Source: a virus. From it: a DNA stretch of 64,000 nt. The notes under the pieces are model-generated. The model saw only the letters and a program-made list of their open reading frames with translations. It did no database searches and was not told where the DNA came from. The stretch lies in the IMG/VR virus record IMGVR_UViG_3300042691_053485, positions 96,001 to 160,000 of that record; one strand, written 5' to 3'. Made by a program: the position numbers and the translations under genes. Shown here piece by piece: positions 1 through 9,400 of the stretch. How positions within the stretch are numbered: the first letter of the stretch is position 1; each line of letters begins with the position of its first letter.

Positions 1-1941
1 ATAATAAAATCTGTTAAAGATGTTAATCAAAATTTAGGTATTTCTGGTACTTTAAGTAAAACTCTTGAGGAAAATTTTAAATTGGCATATTCAGATGCTG
101 TCGAGATTGGGGCAAATCAAGAGGATGTTGCCAAAAATTACCAGCAATATGTTTCTGAAACAGGTAGGGCAATTGCGATGACATCTAATCAAATGTATAA
201 TTTGACTGAAATGTCTAAAGTTTTTGGAATGGAATCAACTAAAGTTATTTCAACGTATAATGGGGTCGGTCTTGGAATTTCAGAAAGTACAAAAAGAATG
301 AAGAGACTTGTAATTGAATCTAATAAAATGGGGCTTGTACCATCTGAAGTGATGAAAGAGCTTAATGCAAATTTAGATGCAATTGATAAATATTCGTTTA
401 AAAACGGTGTAAAGGCAATGGAAAAAATGGCAAAAAACGCCATTTTAACAAAGGTTTCAATGAAATCTGCACTTGCCCTTTCAGAAAAATTATGGGAAGG
501 TGGGGTTGAAGGTGCAATTCAGATGGGCGCAGAGCTGCAATTGTTAGGAGGTGAATTTGCGGCGATGGGTGACCCATTTGAACTTTTCTATACCGCAAGA
601 AATGAGCCTGAAAAGTTCCAAGCCCAGTTAGCAAAAATTGCTTCGACGTATGCAGTTATAAATAAAGAGTCGGGAGAGGTTGAAATAAATGCTCAAGGAA
701 TGCAAGTACTCAGGGAGGCTGCAAAAGCAACTGGGCAAGACTTTACTGAATTAGCAAAGGCAGGTAAGAATATGCGGAAAGTCATGAATATTGAAGGGCT
801 TTTTGACGCATCAATTAAAGGGAAGAATGATTTTGATGACATTTTAAATAAGGTTGCAGGCGTTGCAGAGTATGACAAAACCATGAATCAATGGGTTGTT
901 AGAATGCAACAGGGGGGAAAAGAAGTTGTTAAATCTATTTCGGCATTAACAGAAGGTGATATTGCAAAATTAGACTTAGTTGGCGAGGTGTCTGAGCAGG
1001 ATGTGTTTAAAAGTATAATAAAGTCTAATGAAACCTTATCAGAAACATTACAGCGACTTATTAATACACTTAAAGTGGATATGCTCAGTTCCGCTGATTA
1101 TACTGAGTTTTATTCAATGGCTCAACAGGCTGCCTCAAATATAAAAGAGACCCTTGCACCAATTATTGAGGCATTCAAGACTTTAAATGCTCAGTCTATT
1201 GAAAATATAAAGAAATGGGCAAATCCATTATCTGAAGGAGAATTGGCTAAAACGTTTCAAGGGTTATGGAGTAATGTTACAGATACATTTAATGGTATTT
1301 TTGTTACTGCGGGTAAAATATTTTTAAATATAATTGCAGAATTGGGGAAAACACTTTTAGCAACAATGAAGTATGCTTGGGATTATGGCATATCTAGTTT
1401 ATATAATTCAATTGTTTTACCAATCCTAAAAATTTTTAACAGTTCTGCTGAACCTATGTTAGCACCTGACGCTAGCGAGATTTATAAAGGAATAAGTTTT
1501 TCCGAAGCCATAACAAAGGCATTGCCAGATGTTGCAAAAAGCCTTGTTGGAGAGTTATATTCCGCTAGTGAACGTCAAATGAAATATGAATTTGGTCAAA
1601 TTTTTTCTGGGGAAAGTGAGACAGATAAAAAAAATAAGGAAATTTTACAGCGAAATATTGGTGGATTAGATACAAAAATCCAAGAGAGATTAATCAGCGA
1701 ATATATCAGTGACGATGTAAAAAATCCAACGAAGGGTCCAAAAATCTTAGGAACTGAAAGATTTTACGTGGAAATTAATGGTGAAATTAAAATGGTTTCC
1801 CCTGATGGAAGTGTTAAAAGTATTGGTGCGGCAGAACTTGAAGAGGTTAAAAAGTTTGTGGTAGACGCAATTCAAAAAAATATATCAAGTGGTGGAAAAT
1901 CAACTTCCCCAACAAATGTAACTAAATTACAAACAAGATAG
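1..1941 (+). CDS. Tape-measure-like tail protein, 5'-truncated by the window edge
   Basis: Frame 1 is open from base 1 (the ORF track starts at 82). Helical Ala/Gly/Met-rich composition, directly upstream of baseplate genes. Confidence 0.6.
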   Translation: MIKSVKDVNQNLGISGTLSKTLEENFKLAYSDAVEIGANQEDVAKNYQQYVSETGRAIAMTSNQMYNLTEMSKVFGMESTKVISTYNGVGLGISESTKRMKRLVIESNKMGLVPSEVMKELNANLDAIDKYSFKNGVKAMEKMAKNAILTKVSMKSALALSEKLWEGGVEGAIQMGAELQLLGGEFAAMGDPFELFYTARNEPEKFQAQLAKIASTYAVINKESGEVEINAQGMQVLREAAKATGQDFTELAKAGKNMRKVMNIEGLFDASIKGKNDFDDILNKVAGVAEYDKTMNQWVVRMQQGGKEVVKSISALTEGDIAKLDLVGEVSEQDVFKSIIKSNETLSETLQRLINTLKVDMLSSADYTEFYSMAQQAASNIKETLAPIIEAFKTLNAQSIENIKKWANPLSEGELAKTFQGLWSNVTDTFNGIFVTAGKIFLNIIAELGKTLLATMKYAWDYGISSLYNSIVLPILKIFNSSAEPMLAPDASEIYKGISFSEAITKALPDVAKSLVGELYSASERQMKYEFGQIFSGESETDKKNKEILQRNIGGLDTKIQERLISEYISDDVKNPTKGPKILGTERFYVEINGEIKMVSPDGSVKSIGAAELEEVKKFVVDAIQKNISSGGKSTSPTNVTKLQTR

Positions 1942-4900
1942 ATGGGAACTTTACTATCATTAATTGGAAAAAATAAAAGAGATGACCAGCAAGCTAAAAA
2001 CTTGCCGCCAACTGACGATGTCACTGAAAATGGATTTAGCAGTTACTTAGATAATTATGGTCGCTCAGGTGCTATCGATTATTCAGATGATACAAATATT
2101 GAATCTCCATCAGTGACTGATGTTGGTGATATAGCTTTAAGAGATTTAAAGGAGTTGAATTTAAATCCACCTGACGTTTATGAGCGGGTTGATTTCACTT
2201 ACAATGATGTTTCTGTCATTGACATGCCTGAAATCGATGAGATTTCAGAAGAAATTTATTTAGGATTATCAGTATATAATAAATACGCTACACAGGATTA
2301 TACACCCATAGAAATTTCAAATGCTATTGGGGTTCAGAATCAGTCTGAAAATTATTTAGATTCTATGAATCAGGTGCTTTCAGATTTGGATTCTCGGGGT
2401 AATACTCTTGCTGATATTTTCATTGGGACTTGGAATAAGAATGATTCAAAAATTGGAGTGATAGGTGGGGAAGCTTTGAATAGGGCATTAAATGTTCAAT
2501 TTGCAGATGGTGTCAACAGAAAAATTTTAGGGGTTTTAAACACTAATTTATCGTCACTTTTAAGTGGTGCGAATTTAACGAGGGAAGATTTCAGTATAAC
2601 TGTTCCCAAAAATGCTGTTGCGAGAGCGGCAGAATTTGCAATAAAATTACAAGGAGTTGAACTTCCTTTTTCTTATTTACCACAAGATGCTTTTGGATTA
2701 GAAAGAATTCGAAAGGAAGAACGAGGAAAGGCGACTTATGTTGGTTCTGATTTGAGTATTTCAGAAAGAGTAAATTTGCTTTTAGAATATACAGGAAAAG
2801 CTCAACAGAAGCATCTGTTCAATCTTTTGAAGCTTAACACATATCATTCAAGGATTGAAGGTAGAACCGAGACTCTCGAAGATACAAGCTATATCGGGTA
2901 TGTCGAAGGATTCCAAGATTCTTTAAATGCAAAAGATTTTATTGCCACATACGATAAAATCGTAACAACTGAATATGGTTATTATGAGCCGTATGGAGTT
3001 GTTAGTATTCACAAGAGGGATGTTGTTGGGGAGATGTTTAGTGATGGGTTTAGATGGGTATGGATTGACGACATCAAGGATAGAAATGCTATCGGATGGG
3101 TTAATAAACGAGGTGATTCAGTAAGCCAAGCCATTGATTCAAATCTTGGTAACAATTTTGAACCTAAAAGCTTATTGTGGAAAACACAAGAAATTTTGAA
3201 CGGCTCTTCAGATGTAGGAGCATTTCTTGACTTATCAAAAAAAGAATTTTATGAAGTTATAGATGGCGAAACTTATGTAATCTCAAGAGGAGATAGTACA
3301 ACTGCGTCAGGAGACTATACAGATGATGATGGTACAGAAATCAAGAAGGGTGAATTCTTTAGAGTTTTCACAAAACAAAGGGGGTATAATAAACTCAATA
3401 GAACCTTAAAACATCGAGGGTTAGATAATGGTGACACAAGGAGTGTTTTAAATGATAATGGTCTTGTGAATATTGCCCCTACACGTAGGGTATTAACCGA
3501 TGATGTCATAAAAAGGTATATGTTTTCTTTGGAAAATCTTGCATGGGCAGACCATTTGAATGACCTTCCAGAATGTGAGCAGGGTCCAGGCGACCCTGTA
3601 ACAGGGAATAGAGGTCGGATTATGTGGTTTCCACCTTATAATCTTGAGATAACAGAAAGTGTAAGTGCAAATTATAATGATACTACACTTATTGGTAGAG
3701 GCGAGCCGATATGGACATATAACAATACCACAAGAAGTGCGTCATTATCATTTACAATCATCGTTGACCATCCAGACATAATCCATAATTTAGTTGGTCA
3801 AAAAACGCAATATTGGGAGCGATATTTTAAAGGTGATAAGCTCATTGAGGCTGATGCCAAAGCTAAACAGCAAATATCTAAAAGGCTTTCCCCAAATGAA
3901 ATTGAGGAGATTGAAAAGCGTAAAAAGATTGTTCCTGTAAAAGAGAAGGTAGTCGACAATGTAAAGGTAACTCCTAATGAAAAAAACAATGAAGTAACAA
4001 AAAAAACAAATGAGGATGTAAATGAGAATAAGTATGGAAAACTGATTCTTTCGGTTTATTTTCCGAATTCAGAGTCGATTGTTCCACGTTCCATTTTCAC
4101 TCCAAATAGGACATCCGTTGCCTCGGATTCTGTGCCTGATTTATCGATTAGTTCTAGTGAATTATTCTATAAAAATGTTGGGTACGAAGATGGTGGTATC
4201 GCAAGTGATTTTATTGATAGGTTTACCACCAATGATGGGTATAAAATCCAAACAAGGAGTGGTATAAGGTACTTTAATAAGGCAGGTGTAATTGTAAATA
4301 AAGGTTATACCTATGCAACTTATGGAAATGCTAGGAAACTTATTGACAATAGTTTTCTAGTCTGTAAAGGTGATGTCGATAATGGTCCGATTTATGGTTA
4401 TAAGGATAGGAATAATCTAGGATTAAATAATAAGTTTTACTACGAGTGGCAAAAAGTTTTCAATGATGAGATGGTTCAAAAACTTAAAGATGGAAAAAAA
4501 TTGAAGGTTTCATTTATAGGTAATGCTTCTGCTGCAACTCGTAAATCTCAAAGTACTGAAACTCAATATACAAATAATGAATTATTGTCGAAACAACGTG
4601 CCGATGCAACTAGGAAGTGGTATGAGGAAAATGTTAATAGTCTTTTTAGTGCATTAGGTGTTCCTACCGATGGAGTTTTCATTGATACAAGCTTCCAAGG
4701 TGATTTTCTCGATAGGGTACAGAATATTCTTGGCATCGATGCTTGTGATGAATGTGATGAAACGGACAAGCCTGCATGTAAACAAAGTAGAAGGGTTGAC
4801 ATCTACATAAAGGATATAACTGATGAACTTAACCCTCCTCAACCTATTATACCTTCCGGACAAACCATTGATGATGTGATTGGTGATGAAGAGTATACAC

Positions 4901-6147
4901 CTGATGAAGATGAAACAAATACTGACCCAAATTCTGATGAACCTTCGGAAATTGACCCTAATATTTTAAAGAAGTTAGTATATACAGAATGTGACTTCTT
5001 TGAATACTTAGAGACTAATTATCCTATTGCATATCAAACCATTAGTGAACGGATAAAATTCTTTTCACCTGCTTATCATTCTATAACACCACAGGGGTTT
5101 AATTCTAGATTAACATTCTTACACCAATGTACAAGGCAAGGTGACTCTATTGGTATGGATGGTGTTGATAATACAAAAAATTTGGCATTTGGTAGGCCAC
5201 CTGTTTGTATTTTAAGGATTGGTGATTTTTACCATACCCGTGTAATTGTAAAAAGTTTAAATATCCAATATTCAGAAAAAATGAATTGGGATTTAAACCC
5301 CGAAGGGATTGGAGTTCAACCAATGTACGCTGATATCACAATGGAATTAGAACTTATTGGTGGTAGTTCTATGACAGCCCCTATAAATAGGCTTCAAAAT
5401 GCTATGAGCTTCAACTTTTATGCAAATACTGAGATGTATGATGCAAGGGCAGATAGTGTTGTCTTAATTGAGCGTTATAATAAAGATGGAACAGTAAACG
5501 AGAAATCTACATTTGGTACGCCGAAGTCCGGGAGAATTGTTGATGGGGTAAAACTTTCATCAATTACTAATTATAGCAAATCGCAACAAGAAGCCCAATT
5601 AGCTAGGATTCGTAAGCAGAGTCGAATTACTTTGGATAATTCTACAACTTCGCTTGTACCAACCAATCAAATTTCAAATTTAGGAGAAGTCGAGTCTTTA
5701 CTTGAAATGAAAAAGCGTTTAGGGTTATCAATGACTAGTGAGGAGAGGATAAAACAATTGACATCTGATTCAACCAAGGGTAAATTTACAAATAGTTCAG
5801 TGAATCCGCAAACTCAAAAGAAGGTTACTGATGGATTAAAGTTATCTCTTGAAGAGGAACGCTCACCTATCAATTTTGCTACAGCCCAATTGATTGAGCG
5901 TGGTGAAGAAAACGATGTCACAAGTTATATCGAAATACTTGACAGTCTTGTTAGTGCAGAAGTTGTTGACCCAAACACTCAAAGCAATGTCACAGTTAAT
6001 ACATCATATAGTGATGTTTTTAATCAATATTTATTTGGGACTATTGGTAATATTCAAGAATATAATGCCCTAAGTGAGGAATATAAACAGCAATTACAAT
6101 TAGAATACATAGATTCTTACAACGCAATTTGGTTAAACGCAGACTAA
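1942..6147 (+). CDS. Baseplate/tail-tube initiator-like protein with an internal OmpA-like domain
   Basis: Tube-initiator-like segments (RIMWFPPYNLEITESVSANY...SASLSFTIIVD; PPVCILRIGDFY...SLNIQY...WD...GVQPMYADITMELELIG) flank an OmpA-like motif set (SVYF; IGNAS; NELLSKQRA; SRRVDI). Confidence 0.6.
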   Translation: MGTLLSLIGKNKRDDQQAKNLPPTDDVTENGFSSYLDNYGRSGAIDYSDDTNIESPSVTDVGDIALRDLKELNLNPPDVYERVDFTYNDVSVIDMPEIDEISEEIYLGLSVYNKYATQDYTPIEISNAIGVQNQSENYLDSMNQVLSDLDSRGNTLADIFIGTWNKNDSKIGVIGGEALNRALNVQFADGVNRKILGVLNTNLSSLLSGANLTREDFSITVPKNAVARAAEFAIKLQGVELPFSYLPQDAFGLERIRKEERGKATYVGSDLSISERVNLLLEYTGKAQQKHLFNLLKLNTYHSRIEGRTETLEDTSYIGYVEGFQDSLNAKDFIATYDKIVTTEYGYYEPYGVVSIHKRDVVGEMFSDGFRWVWIDDIKDRNAIGWVNKRGDSVSQAIDSNLGNNFEPKSLLWKTQEILNGSSDVGAFLDLSKKEFYEVIDGETYVISRGDSTTASGDYTDDDGTEIKKGEFFRVFTKQRGYNKLNRTLKHRGLDNGDTRSVLNDNGLVNIAPTRRVLTDDVIKRYMFSLENLAWADHLNDLPECEQGPGDPVTGNRGRIMWFPPYNLEITESVSANYNDTTLIGRGEPIWTYNNTTRSASLSFTIIVDHPDIIHNLVGQKTQYWERYFKGDKLIEADAKAKQQISKRLSPNEIEEIEKRKKIVPVKEKVVDNVKVTPNEKNNEVTKKTNEDVNENKYGKLILSVYFPNSESIVPRSIFTPNRTSVASDSVPDLSISSSELFYKNVGYEDGGIASDFIDRFTTNDGYKIQTRSGIRYFNKAGVIVNKGYTYATYGNARKLIDNSFLVCKGDVDNGPIYGYKDRNNLGLNNKFYYEWQKVFNDEMVQKLKDGKKLKVSFIGNASAATRKSQSTETQYTNNELLSKQRADATRKWYEENVNSLFSALGVPTDGVFIDTSFQGDFLDRVQNILGIDACDECDETDKPACKQSRRVDIYIKDITDELNPPQPIIPSGQTIDDVIGDEEYTPDEDETNTDPNSDEPSEIDPNILKKLVYTECDFFEYLETNYPIAYQTISERIKFFSPAYHSITPQGFNSRLTFLHQCTRQGDSIGMDGVDNTKNLAFGRPPVCILRIGDFYHTRVIVKSLNIQYSEKMNWDLNPEGIGVQPMYADITMELELIGGSSMTAPINRLQNAMSFNFYANTEMYDARADSVVLIERYNKDGTVNEKSTFGTPKSGRIVDGVKLSSITNYSKSQQEAQLARIRKQSRITLDNSTTSLVPTNQISNLGEVESLLEMKKRLGLSMTSEERIKQLTSDSTKGKFTNSSVNPQTQKKVTDGLKLSLEEERSPINFATAQLIERGEENDVTSYIEILDSLVSAEVVDPNTQSNVTVNTSYSDVFNQYLFGTIGNIQEYNALSEEYKQQLQLEYIDSYNAIWLNAD

Positions 6148-6148
6148 T

Positions 6149-6466
6149 ATGGAATACTATAATCGATATACAAAGTTATCCGGAAATGGGGGAATGAAAC
6201 TAATGCCGGGTATCCAAATACCTGAAAAAGCAACCGATAAAATGATTGCATGGAATAAGCAGTTGCATAGGATGGATATTTTAAGTCAGAAATATTATCA
6301 AACTCCAACTGAGGGATATTTGATTATGATGGCAAACATGCAATACGGTACAGATGAATTTGATATACCGGATGGTGCATTGATAAGAATACCATATCCT
6401 TACAAAGCTTCCTTACAAAGCTTTATTGACGAGATGAATAAATACGAATCAAAATTTGGTTTGTAG
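6149..6466 (+). CDS. LysM-like baseplate wedge protein (gp53/tail X-like)
   Basis: RMDILSQKYY...LIMMAN...DIPDGALIRIP pattern, positioned between tube initiator and hub. Confidence 0.6.
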   Translation: MEYYNRYTKLSGNGGMKLMPGIQIPEKATDKMIAWNKQLHRMDILSQKYYQTPTEGYLIMMANMQYGTDEFDIPDGALIRIPYPYKASLQSFIDEMNKYESKFGL

Positions 6467-6491
6467 ATTATGGACTTAAATTAGAATAAAA

Positions 6492-9400
6492 ATGGCTGAT
6501 AATATAGAGGTTATCTCAAATGAGAATTTTTTTACGGTTGTTGTTGACCCAAATGGTATAAATAAGGATAATGTTACACCTGAAGACTTGTTTATATATG
6601 TAGATTTTAGAGCTTTACCAAAAAGTCGTTCTGTAATCGAAACAGATGGCACGTACTATTCAGAATTTTTTGAAAAGAAAGGTATTAGCTTTATCGCTAG
6701 CACTGAGCAAAATGGCAAAGGGTACTTGACAACCAATTATACAAATATTGGTGGGACAAGCCCAACAGAAAAGGAAGCTTTTGGTATAGAAAGTATCTCA
6801 ATGGAATATGGAGCATCATTAGCACCAACATTTAAGATAAAATTCATCGATGTTCGTGGGGCGGGGCTTTTTAATGGTTATGAAAGAGTTGATGCCGAAG
6901 GTAACTTATACAACAATTCTGAATTTGCGGTTTTCTTTAGCTTACCTTATCCATTATTCCAATTGACAATCAAAGGATATTATGGAAAAGCTGTAACTTA
7001 CTGTTTACATCTAATGAACTATAATGCTTCTTTTGATTCTGAAACCGGGAATTTTGTGATTGATGCAACATTCCAAGGTTATACATTTGCTTTTTTAACA
7101 GATATCCTGTTAGGTTATGTTATGGCGTTAAATTCTACGGAAATTGGCACAAAACAATTAGAAAGTAGAAATATCCCAAGCATTTCAAAATTCATTGGAA
7201 GTTTAGGTCAACTCACAAGAATAACTGAAAAGTTCAAAAGTGATGACAAATCTTATTTGGAGCTAAAATATATCAACTCTCTCCTATTCCAAGTTGATAA
7301 AATAATAAAGGTTATCGGATTGCCGATGACTAAATCTAACTATTCATCTTTTGGAAACCCATTGCTAATTCCACAATTAAAACAAAATGTTGACCAAGCA
7401 TTTGTAAGGGATGTTGGTATCTTTTCGGAGGAGAGGAGGGCAACTCATATCCAAATTGTCGAAGATATTGAAAAATTTATAAAGGAGTACAATGACTTTA
7501 TTGCTAAGAATTTGTCTACTTATGCTTATTCAAATGAGTATAAAATAGATAAATTCGATGTGAAAACACCTCAATTAGCATATTCAATTGATTCAAACTT
7601 TGCAACGATTATTACCAATGAAGCCTTAAAGGATGGGCTTTCAAATGACCCGAATATCATAACAGCAGATGCACTTCGAAGTAGATTAAATTTGCCGGTA
7701 AACACCGCTAAAAAGTTCTTTTTGGTTAATTATCACGAATTTAGAAAAGAAATTTCGGAATTGTTTGAGGATTTAAAAAAGAAGAAAGCAGATGTTGAAG
7801 TAGTTGTAAATCAAAATCTAAATAAGGAGCTTGCTAAGGAGCTTGGGTTTGACCTTAGTATTCAAAATGTTTTTAATATTCTTATTGGGAATGTTGAATC
7901 TTTTTTAGAAATTGTATATGCAATTTCTGTTGCTGCTGACAACCCGGATATTCAAAGTGGAAGGTTAGTTGGACTTAGAAATACGAGGAGCGATATTCCC
8001 AATTCTATTAATCGGATATATCCCTTCCCTGCGGTATTCAATGCTGTTGGTGAGGAAATATGGTTAGGCGATTTGGTTGGAGAGGAAAATCCTAATTTTC
8101 CGGAGTTGCAATTAGTGAAGCAGGTATTAAACTCAATGCTTGCATCTAATAACCAAGTCACGAATTCCAACGAACAAAAAGTTTATCAAAATACAGTTGG
8201 TATTAGTGGTGATAGTTGGGTGCCTGTTAGTCCGACCGATATATCTGCCCCTTATGTAAATATAAATAATGTTTCAAGTGCCGGAACAGTTTTACCTGAA
8301 TCATTTTATATTGAGATAATTGATAGAATTTTGAAGGCTTATAATAGTAATAATTACAGTAATTCGACTATCAATTACATTAGCCAATTTGAGGCTGCCT
8401 ACGCATTTTTTAAAACAAATGAAGCTACGATTAAAAATGTTTTAAATAATGTTGATAAGGCAGTATTTGTCTCATCTGCCCTTTCAGCGGTGAATTCAAA
8501 TAATGGGTATATTGTTGACGGGGCTGGCATCAGAAAGACTTCAAATGAATCAGTGTTGATTGGCTCTAGTGAAGGGTTTGGAGATGATTCAGAAATTAAG
8601 AAATTATTAACAAGCGGTAAAAGGAATTTAGTACAAACGGTATCAAAATCAATTGAATCTACGAAACTTTCAATTGAAGATATTTTAATTCCTACGAATT
8701 TAAAGGATTTACATCGCCAAGTTGATAAGAATTCTTATACGGTCAAGGGGGATTTATCACCAATTCTTTGGGATGGCAATGTGCTAAAGAATATTTCTAA
8801 ATTCTATAAAAGTAAAACTAGTAACGACCTCGATAAAAAGAAGTCTTATTATGCACCAATCATTAGTATTATTACAGATTTAGCGATTTTTGATGGAAGA
8901 TTAAACAGCAGTACAGACTTTACAGAAACTGATGCAAAATATTCCAATTTAAGTAGGGATAATATTGCCTTTGGGTTACTTTCTTTTGATGGTAAGAAGT
9001 TTCTTTTGGATACTCCATACTATACATTTGCAGAATCTGAGGAAGCAGCATACTTGTTTTTACACTCTCTACCATTTAGTAATATTTCTAGCTTTTATAA
9101 AGCTTTTGATGTAGGCGGGTCTGTAAAAATTGGTGAATTGCAAATGGCTTGGGTTGCTGCACAATTTTGGTTAGCAGTTTATAAAAAAAGTAATAATTCA
9201 GATTTTTTAAGTGGTCTTTTGAATCGTATGATTTCAAATGGAGCGATAGCTTCTAATGAAATTGCAATATATTCTTCTGAATTTTCAAAACTTTCTTTGG
9301 AATTTAATAAGGATTTACCATTTTTAGAAGATTTCGAGCCTTCATTTGTACAAAAAATGGTGAAGTGGTATCAAGATTGGGTTTCAAAAGTATACATTCC

